A stretch of 59,890 nt of DNA, the filler included, from Circinaria calcarea (lineage: Eukaryota), in assembly GCA_051942165.1 (NCBI GenBank). It is 6 parts of 6 records of this genome, joined end to end, with 100 filler letters (N's around TTAATTAATTAA, not from the genome) between each part and the next. Parts side by side here need not be neighbours in the genome. Positions count along the whole stretch, not along the records: positions 40,020 to 49,907 come from JAVECS010000875.1; positions 50,008 to 59,890 come from JAVECS010000876.1; 4 more parts are not named here. The stretch is one strand, 5' to 3'. A model generated the notes under the pieces. That model did no database searches. It saw nothing but the letters and a program-made list of their open reading frames with translations, and had not been told where the DNA came from. This document shows positions 47,965-59,890 of this stretch, one piece after another. Position 1 is the stretch's first letter; the number at the start of each line of letters is the position of its first letter. The position numbers and the translations under genes are program-made.

Positions 47965-49664
47965 ATGCATATTAGCGTAGAGGAAGGTACTGGAAAAGAG
48001 AAACCCTTCATCGTTACCGTCGACGACTTGTTGGCAAAATGTCATACCCTTCTCAATGAGCTCGAGGAGTTTCGGACCTTTCTGGCCGAATGTAAGAAGG
48101 GGCATACGGTGGAACTCCGGCAGTTCCGTGGTTCAGTGCTATCTGAGCTGAGGTCCTTGGAAAAAGTACCGGCATATAGACTTCTTTTATACCAAATCTT
48201 GTGTAGTTAACTTGAGTTCAGCTACGCCACGCAGACCCTACCGCGGAACGTACCATCCACACGCTTCGCTCCTCAAATCTACCGTTCTACAGCGCCGTAT
48301 GGACCGCCGCAAAGTCCTGCAAAGGCCTCTTGTTGTTTAACAAGCGGTTCTACTGGGATACACCGCCCGCTCGAAGCTCCAACCGAGCAGGGAAACCGCG
48401 GAAAAAAGGCGCGCTGGTGGACATTGTCGCCGAAGACGGCGAAGAATGGATCAAAGTGTCCACCATCACCGAGACGAGGCTACTCTTTGAAAAGGCAAAA
48501 GCGGGCTGGGAGGGTGCAGGTTCCTCCTCGGACACCGAAGGGGAAGAAGATGGAGTCGTTGTCAATGGGAGTGGTGCAACATGGACGATTCGGGACCATG
48601 GCGGTGGTAGCGCAGACGACGATGACAATGACCGGGTCGAGCTCCTTAGAATGGCTCAAGACCTCCAGAAAGCATCAAAAGCAACCCGTGTTCGCTACAG
48701 ACACCCCAAAGTCCGCTTCGTCCTGCCGAAAATCCACAAAGGACGGATCCCTGCAATCGACGCCATCCTCGACGATATCCGCGCAACGGGCGCAACAGTC
48801 CAATGCGCGGACGACATCCCCTCTGTGCTGCAAGACGATCAAGCAGTCCCACTTCATACAGAAACCCTACTCAACAGCAAGACCCGACCCAATCCCCCCC
48901 AACCGGCCCTTCACCTTACCTTCTCCCGCCTCCTCATCGACCCCTTCGCATCCTTCACCCCCACCATCAACATCGACTGCACCATCCTCCTCGCCCTCGT
49001 CTCCGACCTCAGCCATGAGCCCATCACCCCTGAGCTCTGGTTCCACCGCGCCGTCCAGCGCCAAATCGAGCTCGAAGCCACCCAGCACCTCCTGCCCACC
49101 AGTCTCTGGCCCGCCATGGCGAACAAGGAACTCGTCTGTACCGCCACCGCCGCCAACCGCATGCGCGAAATCGTCGCGCTGATCGGCACCCCCGCCGAGC
49201 GGCGGCGCACAGACCTCCTCCTTGGCGACGACGAGTACGGGGGGGCGGGCAAATCGGCAGAGGAGCTTAGGACCGCGTTCGCGGCGACGAGTACTCACCG
49301 CGTACCCGAGGATTGGAACCTGCCCGTCCGCGTGCTCGCCGCAGAAATCCGCATGGAGAACCTACCGCCGGTAGCGGAGAAAGTGGCACGCCGGCTGACG
49401 GACATCAACCGGAGCGTATTTCTATTCGGGTGGGAGAGGGGCTTCACGACGGTGAGCTCGAACCGGACAGTCGCGAAGATGATTGAGGGGGTGGTTAGGG
49501 GAGCGGCGGAGGGATGGAACGGCAAGAGAGAGGGAGGGACAGGGACAGAGGTAGAGGCAGAGGGAGTGGGAGAGGGAGAGGGAGAAGAGGTCGTGGGACC
49601 GGATATATGGCTCTGTCCTACGGCGCGGAGTCTGGTGGGCAAGGAAAAGGGACGGAAGGATTAG
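47965..49664 (+). CDS. DUF1308 (UPF0415/C7orf25-like) protein
   Basis: HTLRSSNLPFY, VDIVAEDGEEWIKVST, INIDCTILLALVSDLSH, TTVSSNRT, ARSLVGKEK. Intron at ~48166-48221. Confidence 0.8.
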
Positions 49665-49907
49665 TTTGGAATTTTAGAAATTTAGAAATTTAGAAGCTTA
49701 GAAGCTTAGAGCGGTAGTTGTTTGTGGAACTTGGAAAAAGAGGAGAAAAGAGGAGAAAAGAAGGGAAATGCTATTCTATTGTAAGTTGTAAGATTACTCG
49801 GCCCAAGACAGACATATCCCATTTACTCTTACTCTTTACTCTTTCTCTTTCTCTTACTCTCACTGATTTTAAAAAACTAAACCCCCCCCCCCGCCCTCCT
49901 TAACATC

Positions 49908-50007
49908 NNNNNNNNNNNNNNNNNNNNNNNNNNNNNNNNNNNNNNNNNNNNTTAATTAATTAANNNNNNNNNNNNNNNNNNNNNNNNNNNNNNNNNNNNN
50001 NNNNNNN
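49908..50007. other. Artificial contig linker
   Basis: N44-TTAATTAATTAA-N44. Confidence 0.98.
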
Positions 50008-50540
50008 TGGTAGAAGATGGCACTGCGGTACTGCGTGCCGGCATCGCCCCCTTGCCGATTCTTGGTCGTGGGATCGTGCATGCGGTAGAAGAACTCGATG
50101 AGGGTGCTGTAAGTGACTTTTTCGGGATCGAACATGACCTGCAGGGCCTCGGCGTCTGCGAAGAGGTAGGCGGTTAGCGGGACATTGATGTGGGCGAGTA
50201 GGCGTCGGCACGAGGGTAGTAGGGGGAAAGAAGGAAAAAGCGAGGGCGAGGACGAGGACGAGGACTTACGACCGGTGCGGCCCGAGCAGACGGCGCGGTA
50301 CGAAGGATTCTTGGTATCGCCGCCAATGTAGCCGACCTTGGCGTCGAGCAGCTGGTCCTTGAAGTGCTTCCGAAAGGCGTGCTCGACGCCCCAGAAGCAG
50401 CCGGCGGCGACGGTGCACTTTTGCGTCGTGGTGGGCATGTCGACCGTCTGTTGAGCCGCTGTCTCGGGGCTCAGGGACATTTTGCTGGAGGAAAAGGGGC
50501 GGAGGAAACGGGCGAGGAAGTTGGGCATGTGGCTGGTCAT
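50008..50540 (-). CDS. msrA: Peptide methionine sulfoxide reductase A (3'-truncated)
   Basis: AAGCFWGVE, VGYIGG, VCSGRTG|HAEA, HDPTT.NRQG.D.GTQYRSAIFY. One in-frame intron. Confidence 0.95.
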
Positions 50541-51148
50541 TGCGATGGTGAGGACGGTGAGGGTGAGGAAGAAGAGGCTTTGGGGTGAGAGCTTCAGGTT
50601 GATGGGAAGGTGGGAGGTTTAGTTGGGATGGTGTGAAGGAGAAATCGGAATTAGGAGCAGAATCTTATATGAGTGGGTGAAGTGTGAAGGTGAATGTTTC
50701 TGAAATCGTCAAGACAAAGATCGGGGTCTTCTCATATGACGTTGACAAATACGACGTTAGGGTCCCCCCTTAGCCCCGCTGAGCCTACTGTGGCGCATGC
50801 AATTCCACATCCCATCTAAATGCTGATTGGCCGAATGGATTACTCATGCTACAATTCTAATTCGGTCGATGATGGAGTGGAGCTAAAGTTTCACAAGAGG
50901 GGGATTCAGGTGTAGAGAGTAGTATTTGAAATCGACAGAGTCGTTACCGTGCGACACCTATTTACCAACATCACCAGCCCACCTAACCTCAATCAATGCC
51001 AGACAATAGCCAGCCGGGAGACTCAACGCCGCTGTTAGAGCCCTTCGAGATCGTTCAAATGCCACCACTCCTTTAGACGCCCCTGTACCAATGCAGATAT
51101 GCCGATAACATGGAAACGAAAACGTGCATGCGCTCGCTTAACAATATC

Positions 51149-54100
51149 CTACCTCCATGCGCCTTTGGATCCGGGCATAAGGCTTCCCCTCAAACTACCA
51201 CCACTTCCAGTAATCGCCGTACTCAATCGCACCGGCTCCTTAATGACCATGCCGCTTTCCTTGGGTCGGCTCTCGCTCATGGTGATTCTTCGCTGACTTG
51301 AGCCCTTCACCACCGGTGCAGATCGAGGGCTCAACACGTTGCCTCTCCAATCACTCTCTCTCTCGCTCTTGACCATCCTTCGGGCATGGGACGCGGTGAA
51401 CATGGAATTGTCGTTCGGCGGGCTTCCGGAGCTGATCCCTGTCGGACTCCGCCGTCGTTGAATGCGAATGGCGCCATCTCTGGACGACGGTGCGATTGAG
51501 GCTCGCCTGATTGCTGTTTTGATCTTCATGGCATCGTTTTTGTTAGCCCTCCAATGATCTTCCGTATCCGAGCCTGACGAGTGGCTGCCATTATGGGGAT
51601 CGTGCGAGCTACTTTCTACATAATGCAGCGAAGAGCGGTTGCTGGCTTTGCTCGGCTCAATGTCTCGCAACGGTGAATGATCGGAATCGGAGGAGAAGTT
51701 TGTGAGGGTAGGAGGTAGAGGGGAGCCATCAGACTTCTTCGCGAGGAATCCAGATTTGAAACGGTTGTTTCTTGGCTTCACTTCTAGGGATGTCTCCGGT
51801 GGCGCGGGGATTAGGGAAGAATGATCAGGGTCAGCCGCCTTTGGTGGTGGAGGCATGGAATGCAAAGGATCGCTAGGAGCTAGGGCAGATGCTTCAGTTG
51901 ACGGATTGTCCGGTGTCGCATCGAGTCGCTTTGGGGTCTTCTCAAACTCTGCGAGAGTGCCATCTTCTGTATCATCTCGCCACCGAACACCCCTCTTGAG
52001 ACCTTTGATAGGCGACTTCTTCTTCGGTGTGAACGAAACCCCTTTCTTGGCCCCTCCTAGCTTCCTTCGCTTTGGAGAGGCTCGTACGGGGAGAGGGGAA
52101 GAACAAAGGTGAGGAGCGATAGCGAGTGCTGGGAGCTTGACAGCCTTCACTGGACTTCCTCCCATCAGTATTGCTTGCTTCTTGCGCTTTGGTGTCCCGG
52201 ATCGAGTTGGTGGGAATAGTTCAACTGGCGCAATGCTGCCATCCGGTTTGATGATATGCGAGGTCGCAGTAGCACAAGAGTTCAAGATCTTCCCAAGTAT
52301 GCTCTGAGCAGCCTCTACGGCTTCATTCTCCCCCATACTCAGAAGGTTATGCACTGTTGCCATTGTGTCAAAGTGGGCCTTCAGCAACACTTGCACCACA
52401 GAGGCATCACCTCCCTTCTCCTGCTCCGCTACTGATTGTAGGGCTTCTCGGTCAGCATTCGCCTTGAGTAGTTCGGCTTCTCTCGCCAGGTTCGCGGCAT
52501 CGGATCCGTCAATTCCTCCCTCTACGTCCTTTAGCTGCCGCAGTCCACTCTGCAGAGCTGAATCGATAGCCCGCTCCCAATTGCTCTTGACTAGCCTCTG
52601 ATGATAGTGATGGCGGCTGCTCTCGAGTTCAAGGAGAATTCCTTGCGCTGTCTTACGCATTGCAGTAAGATTCCGAAGAGCGGTTTCATTCTCTTCCGCA
52701 TCGCAAACGTGGTCAAATGCTGCAACCCACGAGGAGATCATGGCAATTCTTCGCTCAATCTGTCTAAGCTTCCTCATGTTCCCTGCCTTCTCTAGGCGCT
52801 CAGCAGAGGAGTGATCGTATGCGTTTCGTATTCTTGCCACGCCCTCTCTTGTAACCGCCTCTCGTTTCTCGCTTTGTTTTCTGAATTTGGCAAATGCTAC
52901 TCCTTCGTAGTCTTTCTGTTGCTCCTTCAGTTCGTTGATCATAGCCATCTGCTCATCAATTTTGACCAGAAAGTCCTTGACATGGCGATTGACATTATAG
53001 ACGTTCCTCGTCACCTTGGTCTGGATGTTCTTGGCACGGTTGGCGTAACGTAGGGTATTCTGGGTTTCATCAAAGTGCTGGCTAGAAGGGCTGACACAGA
53101 CAATCATGACTGTCTTGCAGTTTCCACCAAGGGAAAACTTCAAGAGACGTGTCAGCTTCGAGTTGCGGTACGGAACGTGGTTCTTCTTTCTCGGATCGCA
53201 GAGAGCATTGATACAGCTTCCAAGAGCAAGCAAGGATTTGTTGATGTTGGCACCCTCCAAAAGCCTGTCTCCTCTGTTCTTCGTTGCACTTGCTCTTTCA
53301 CTACCGGCGAGATCGATGATACTTAGCGTAGCCATAGTATGGGGTTCATTGACATCTGCATTCCGATCCTTTTGGGAGACATTGATTTGAAGCACGGCAT
53401 GCGATCGAGAGGAGGTTGCATTGGCTTCTGTCGGAGACATTGTTCGGAATTCGTTGCCCCTAACTATCATGTCCATGACCTCCTGCACGTTTTGCGGATG
53501 GTGGCTCGACAGTCCAGCTACGGAGACTGCTTGATTCGCATCTTCCCTTAACATCAAGCCGCTCTTGCTACCTCCTGGGACCAACAAGTCCCGGATAGTC
53601 TCGTTGTAGATTTCTAGGTATGAAAGTGAAACCTCCGTCACCTTGTCTTCTGTGCGCTCCGATATCCTTTCAAACAGCTCTTGCATTGTCAGGAATATAA
53701 TGCCCGGTTGCTGAACGGTTCCCGTGATAGTGTGCGTCTTCCCACATCCTGTAGCTCCGTATGCAAATACCGTCGCATTGTAGCCGTCGAGTACACTGTC
53801 CAGCAGATTCCTTGTTGTAGCTTCATACACGTCTCCCTGCGTAATATTCTCGTCGAAGACTTTGTCGAAACCGAATGTCTGGTCTTTGACGCGCTTGCCA
53901 GTGGGCATAAACGACCTGGAAAACTTGTGGACCGGATTATCCTCTGGTGGATCGAAAACACTGCGGATTTTAGAAATGCGTCTACCAACACCGGGGTACT
54001 CTTACAGGCACTTATCATCCACCACCTTGATCACCGATCTTATACCCTTTTGTGAGAGCTTCTGGGTCGGTACTCCAGCCAGAGAGCCATCCCCTAGAAA

Positions 54101-54256
54101 TAGTGGGCCATCTGGCACATGGGATAGTTGCGCAGCTTCTCGCACCTGTCTTGCGGTCAGTGATGGGCTCCCCTTGGTACTGTGCCGAGGCCTTACAGTA
54201 AACGGGCGTACGCGAATGCAGACACTGATTGAGCTGGCATTGTCGTTTGCCGCCAT
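51149..54256 (-). CDS. kipB: Kinesin-8 family motor (Kip3/KipB)
   Basis: ISVCIRVRPFT, FAYGATGCGKTHT, NATSSRSHAV, IDLAGSERA, HVPYRNSKLTRLLKFSLGGNCKT. Two 5' introns. Confidence 0.92.
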
Positions 54257-55327
54257 CTGGAGGTTTTGTATTGCGCTCGTAGCCTTGGTGGGGTGTAAAT
54301 GCTGGGTAAACAGTGTAGAGGGTCTCTAGGATCCTCATGAATCCAAGGTTGCAGCCGCAGTAGTCGCTTCAGATAAGAGCTTTCAAAAGGAGATGATCAA
54401 TTAACGACCAAAGGTCACGATATGGTAGCAAGGTCACAGTCAGTCAGCAATGTGATCATAGAAGTAAGTCGCACAAGCGGCACTAATTTGTTGATGGTCA
54501 TGAATTAAGGCTTACTAGCATATTCGCTTGCATTGCCATGACAACACCCGAGGGCCATTTTCCGTGCTGGTCCTCAGTACATTGACCTTAACTCATTCAA
54601 CCTCTTCAATGATCTGGAGTTTTTGAGCCACAGCATTTGCAATGAACCTTCATTGATCAGTTATCATAGGTCAGATAGCTGCTCACTACAATTACGATGA
54701 TTCATGCAGACCTCCAGTATTGGGATTCTACATTCAATCCTCCCTGGCAAAACTAACTTCTAGATTGGCGTTTCAGAATTTAATAAAACCTAGAATAGGC
54801 ATATACAGACTTTAGTCAGATAATCATAGGAATACCAGTCAGAGTAAATATTAAAAGTTAGGGACGAACATTTTCCTCACTGTCCAATCAATTCAAGTTA
54901 TATATGATCAGGTGCTCGGCACCTAGATATACTAAATCCATAAAACAACTTAAATTATTATGATGATATATAGATAATTCTCTTTGTTGCATATCATTAA
55001 CTTGAAAAGGTCACAAGATTGGACACCTTTCAAATTCCATGCAAACCCTGTGGCCCTCAGCTTCTAGGGCCGGCGGATATTGCCTTCGTTCGGTTAGCGA
55101 AGACCGTCCATGTGCAGCTATAAGTGAATTCAAAACACGCGTTCACAAAAGCCCTATCACAGTGGCCTACAATACCAATCTGTCCTAGTGCAAGCGACTT
55201 GCACACATCCTCTCGTCTGTTGATACATTCTAGCAACTTCGCCTATCCTTGCCTCGTTCCTGTCTCGCTTCGTCGGAACAACTTCGGATACACAGTAGTC
55301 CTGCAAATCAACTTACCGGAGCGAATC

Positions 55328-56168
55328 ATGTCTAGTTCTCCTCACAAGAAACGAGGTAACTCTTACCGTTCTGATACAGCTGTGCGCTGCTGAATGCTTC
55401 TTTAGCTAGGGAAGGCTCTCCGCCCGACACGCGTGAGGTTAGACAGAAACCTAATGTGCCGAACTCGGAGGAATCATCTAGCGGTTTACCAACCAAAGCA
55501 AAGTAGCTGATGTTACAGCTAGTCGTGTGATTTAGCTAATCTTCCTTAGGTCTGTCTGGGAAGAAACTGTCAAAGTCACTTTCAGAGACAAGTCCAAGTC
55601 GCTATGTCGAGTGTTTACCGTTCACAAACTCCCACTCTGCCGCTCATCGACGTTGTTTAGAACCGCCTTCACAGGGCTATTCAAAGAAGCCACAGGTCAA
55701 GAGATCTCTATGTTAGACGACGACTCCAAGCTTTTTGACATGTTCCTAGAGTGGGTGGATTCTGGGCGTATCAACGAAATCAAAGGAAGATGGCGTGATT
55801 GTCGCTGGAGCCTTTGTGTCCGCCTAATGGCGTTCAGTGAGAAGATTGGCGGCCACAGCTTTCGAAGATATCTCATGGATAGCATCATCAAAGCAGTTAT
55901 CAAGAATAACAAAGAACCGGGGTCTCGCTTCTTGCCCAAACGTCAGCACATTATGGAAGTCTTCGAGTTATTGCCAGTTGCATCAGAGCGTATCATGGAG
56001 TATATGCTTATAGTGTTCTCCTTTCATCCTGATATCAGCCTGGACCAGGATTTGCCGAAGGAGTTCCTCGTCAAGGTTGGAGAGTATCTGAAGCGTACTA
56101 ATCTGGGACTCACAAGGCAGGAAAGGCAGTGTAGGCTGACTAGAACCTCGAGACGCGAGTGTGTTTAG
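55328..56168 (+). CDS. BTB/POZ-domain protein
   Basis: FTVHKLPLCRSSTLFRTAFTGLFKEA...LDDDSKLFDMFLEWV. Upstream exons start at ATG 55328; 3' end approximate. Confidence 0.72.
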
Positions 56169-56462
56169 TGCTGCTGCTGCATGTCTGGCAAGCATCTGAA
56201 GTAGCGTGCAGCGGCGGAAGGACGGATAGTAGGGAACGATGGCACGGGATGATGTCAACTGCAATCAGGATAAAGTCTCCTAGAAATGGAAACCTTGCCA
56301 CTGATGATACGATCCTGCGCTCACTGTGAAGCAGCCTGTATGAGGTTGACAAAACCCGTCATCATTTGGCATCGAAAAGTATTTCGTCCGACGATGGCCG
56401 CAATGAACACTTAGGCAACAAAGTCTGAGATGCGTCTAATCGTAGAGCATCAATGACATAAC

Positions 56463-56998
56463 CTATGCCTGACTCTGACTCCCCACTTCATCTTCGTAAC
56501 TTGGCATGATCACATCCCAGTCGTTATCATTCATATCAAGTCCATCTTCATCCATCATTGCATCCTCCTTTTTAAACTTGAAAGCTAGCATGCCTCCATC
56601 CTTCAGCCCAGATCCTGCAGGAGTAGCATTTAGTACGCTCTTCTTCCCCCCAATCTTCTTCTTACTTCCCGTATCATCCTCGACCTCATGCGCCGGTATC
56701 TCGATCCCGACCCACCCCTTGCCAATATCGTTCTTGTCTACTGGAATGCCAAAGATAATGTCTTCGGGGTTTGTGGGTATCTTTTGACCGTTTAGTTCCT
56801 TGAGTCCACGTCCCTTGAAGGCGTCCAGAAGATCTGCTTTTATGGAGGAGAATGATTGGGTTTGGTCTACATAAAGCAGGATTGTGGTCTTGTGCTGCTT
56901 GAAGCGTAATGTCCAGAGCTTTGGACTGGGATCTTTGGACGGCTAGCACACTGGTTAGCATGGTTGGTATTGGAGGTGAAGAGTCTAAAAATCACCAT
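56463..56998 (-). CDS. Conserved-looking fungal hypothetical protein with ATG-only first exon
   Basis: ATG at 56998, then intron 56995-56943 (GTGATT...GCTAAC...TAG), then an open exon PSKDPSPKLWTLRFKQHKTTILLYVD...GLKDGGMLAFKF...WDVIMPSYEDE...*. Absent from the ORF track. Confidence 0.72.
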
Positions 56999-57183
56999 GT
57001 TGAAACTGTAGAGACGTCCGTCTGCCGGTAAGAGAACGCGTAGAAACGTGAAGTCGTGATATGCGCAGTTTGCGCTCTGGAACACCGTAGTCTACACTAA
57101 CCCTTGCAGCCTTATGGTATCTCAGTTCCCATCTTGACGATCAAAGGAATTGTGCATCCAATCCACAGAATCTTTCTGGTACG

Positions 57184-57838
57184 ATGGATCCCTCTCGAAT
57201 GGAGCCCATAGCAGAAGACCCCGACGTACCTCGACCACTTTCAGCCCCTACTAACCATCCTCGCCTTTCCCTGCCCTTCCGATATCGTCTTCCAGCCGTC
57301 ACTGTCGCCGGCGCTCTTGCCGGCGGATTCCTGGGCCTCTCCCATGGAAGTCAAACGGCCGGCCTACGATTCCGCGCAGAGAATGCACACCGACTACCCA
57401 GCAGCTCCACCGGATGGTATCTCTACCATAAAAGCAAGAATTACCACATGATGCTCGGCGGCGTGAAGGAGGGTATCAAAATGGGTTTGATAGTTGGCTT
57501 CTGCGTTGGAGCTTTTTTCACGGTTGAGGAGGCTATCGATCGAGCAAGAGGAGGCAGGAGAGATTTCTTTTCCACGGTGGTGGCTGGGCTCAGCCTTGCG
57601 GGAGGGTTCAGCGCTTGGCGTAGGTGTCGACTCCTACAGACCGAGATACCAGCTACTAACTTAGTTTTCAGATAAGTTTCCCCTCATTACTGCAGCTCGG
57701 ACCGCTAGGACAGGTCTCCTCTTTGGATTAGGCCTCGGACTTGCTCAGGATGTCTTGAGTCTTGCTAAGGGACGTCGACTTGCTTACATCGACTTTTTGT
57801 TGGGCACCAATAGACGCCAAAAACTTATACTGGAGTGA
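57184..57838 (+). CDS. Gly-rich membrane protein, Tim17/22/23-like
   Basis: GGFLGLSHG, FRAENAHRLPSSSTGWYLYHKSKNY, VEEAIDRARG, AGLSLAGGFSAW. Intron at ~57620-57671, then HKFP...GLAQD. Confidence 0.65.
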
Positions 57839-58315
57839 TTAAATAAGAAGAGAGTTAAACTGATCACATTAAATTGAAAGAGTAATTAGGACTGAATGCA
57901 TATCATTTCGCAGACAGTACCAATCTGGAAGCTCAAGTCACCAATCACGCTCGTATGGCACTCCAAAACCATGTCTGGGTACGCAGCGCAGTCATCAGTC
58001 GGGAGCTAGGGGGAAGGACGATTCACAGATATATAGTGTTACATCTATTCAGATCCTACCTAAGGGGTTTAATGAAGGAATGAGTGGTTGCTACTATTCG
58101 ACATTCATTCTAGGAGTCTGACGCCCGACAGTGATGTCCATACAGTTGACTCATCAACTACAGAGCAGTCTACTTAAGGCCAGTCTTGGACGCTTTGGAG
58201 CATCTAACTTCTGCTAAGGTCTACCTCTTTGTCCCGCAACCTTCGGTATAAGCCACTTCAGTCAACTCAGATAATCTTACGTGTCAGCGAGTGGGCTTTC
58301 TCTTAGACATTTATA

Positions 58316-59434
58316 ATGTCTATGTTAAAGGCCATGCTCGGAAAGAAGCCTGACTCTCCATCCTCGCCTCTTATACCACCACCGAGTTATGCATCACGAC
58401 CACCACCAAACTACACCTCTCGACCACTAGTGCAGACAATCATGGAGGAACCGGATGAAGACGAGCCTCAGCCGTCTCGGCCTAAACGAGGGGACATGCC
58501 ACGCCATCTAGAGCCAAAGGACTCACATGATGAACAGCGGCCATCTCGCCGTCCGACCCAGCATAGCCGTCGAGATGATTATGACCATCAAAGTAGGCCA
58601 AGGCCACCGGCTGAGAGGAGCCACAGAGGGAGATACGCAGACGAACATGATGGCACTGCAAGCGACCGTGGCAGAGCTCGTGATAGTCAGGCACTGACAC
58701 GTATCACCCCGCCCTCAAGACGACCTGGTCTGGGTAGATATGATCGTGGCCGTGGAGGCTACTACGATGAAGACAACAACGATTACGACGATCACCCCAG
58801 ACCTTACCGGGGAAGTCTTTACTCACCAAACGATCACTACGGATCTCGAAGCGTCGATCCCACCAAAGCCTTGGTCCGAGCTGTCCATACCATCCCCAAC
58901 GGCGCCGTAACCATGATTCGCGGCGCCACCGACCACCAAGACATCATCGCCATGGCCCGATTCAGCCCGGTCGAATACGCCGCCCTTAGCAAATCCCAAC
59001 TCGAAGCCCTTATGCATGTCTTCGGCGTCTCGAAGGACAAGGTTAAAGCCTGGTGCGCCACCGGTCGCATTGAACGAAACAACGGGACCCAAGTGCTCGA
59101 ACTCCGGCGCGTGTTTGACCTCTATGATAAACATTACGCCGCGCGCTGGGCGGAGAGGCTCGAGGAAGATCGGATCGGGTTCACGAAGATGGAGAAGGAG
59201 AAGAGGAAGGCGGCGGAGGAGAAGAGAAAGGAGGGGCTGGAGAAGGAGGAGAGGCGGCGGAAGAAGGAGGAGCAGAGGCAGAGGGAGAAGAAGGAGGCCA
59301 GGAAGGAAGCCAAGGCTACCGCGTCCGCGGCTGCTGCGACTGTAGTGCATCAGGCCGCTCCTGTAGTGATTCATGGCCCGCCGGTCTATCGGCGGGGCTA
59401 TTGGTCAAGGTACTATGATCCGCTTTGGTATTAA
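58316..59434 (+). CDS. Hypothetical protein (Pro/Arg/Asp-rich N-terminus, E/K/R coiled coil)
   Basis: 372-aa uninterrupted ORF with coding-like composition; no recognisable domain. Confidence 0.65.
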   Translation: MSMLKAMLGKKPDSPSSPLIPPPSYASRPPPNYTSRPLVQTIMEEPDEDEPQPSRPKRGDMPRHLEPKDSHDEQRPSRRPTQHSRRDDYDHQSRPRPPAERSHRGRYADEHDGTASDRGRARDSQALTRITPPSRRPGLGRYDRGRGGYYDEDNNDYDDHPRPYRGSLYSPNDHYGSRSVDPTKALVRAVHTIPNGAVTMIRGATDHQDIIAMARFSPVEYAALSKSQLEALMHVFGVSKDKVKAWCATGRIERNNGTQVLELRRVFDLYDKHYAARWAERLEEDRIGFTKMEKEKRKAAEEKRKEGLEKEERRRKKEEQRQREKKEARKEAKATASAAAATVVHQAAPVVIHGPPVYRRGYWSRYYDPLWY

Positions 59435-59890
59435 TTAGTCAGGAAGTGGGCGATTGTGATTATGGTTGTGGTTGTTGGGTGGCTGGGACAATGGCGTGTC
59501 ATGTTTTTGGGCGTGCGAGTGGGGATAAGTATGCTTGTATGCTTGTATGCGGTTTGGGAATTTCTTCCTGGTGGGGTGGATGGATATTAACGATAACGAT
59601 TCTTGTGTCTACAATGAATTGCCAGGTATGCATGCAGGCTCGCATGTATGCTTGCAGAACTGTTTACCTATTTAGATACCTTAGTATGAGGTTTAGATGT
59701 TTGTTTAACGACATAACCGAAATCTTAACGACATGACCGAAACCTCGTAACTTTTGCTTCGCGATGTTATGTAGCGACCCAGTTCTGTACCCAAAACCCT
59801 CATCCTACCAAATTGCAAAATGCAAAATGCTAGACCATGCACCGGCCTCAATTCTCCCTATCCCTCACCCTCTCTCACCCCTTCTCACCC

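Noticed and set aside
48424..49298. Long overlapping ORFs within the DUF1308 gene, and similar ones antisense to kinesin and 58316-59434
   Set aside because: Shadow frames produced by GC-rich codon bias.
59856..59890. Telomere-like repeats at the window end
   Set aside because: Degenerate CCCTCA/CTCACCC low-complexity sequence, not (CCCTAA)n.

Overview
Eukaryotic DNA from a filamentous ascomycete (Pezizomycotina): spliceosomal GT-AG introns with CTRAY branch sites and RIP-like AT-rich patches. The window is not one locus. It is six unlinked contigs (9918, 9909, 9902, 9890, 9888 and 9883 bp, in descending size) joined by 100-bp N44-TTAATTAATTAA-N44 linkers. Contig 1: F-box-like ORF, an intronless USP-fold cysteine protease ending in a SUMO-interacting motif, a non-autonomous Helitron, and a Raf1/DIM-9-like WD40 gene. 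Contig 2: mpaB-like oxygenase, aquaporin pseudogene, CE5 esterase, a second copy of the Helitron, and an SDR. Contig 3: MATE-like protein, folylpolyglutamate synthase, a SesB-NB-ARC-TPR NLR with one in-frame TGA, a MITE, and an MFS transporter. Contig 4: hydrolase, methyltransferase, UbiA-type terpene cyclase and PTH11-like receptor, plus a 3-exon secreted micro-peptide resembling a RiPP precursor that the ORF track misses. Contig 5: MFS pseudogene, PAL, a Cys-rich secreted repeat protein, and DUF1308. Contig 6: MsrA, kinesin-8, a BTB protein and three others. The best leads are the RiPP-like micro-peptide with its neighbouring cluster, the SIM-bearing USP-like protease, the modular Helitron family, and the single-stop NLR. 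All family calls come from motif recognition by eye; no database searches were run.
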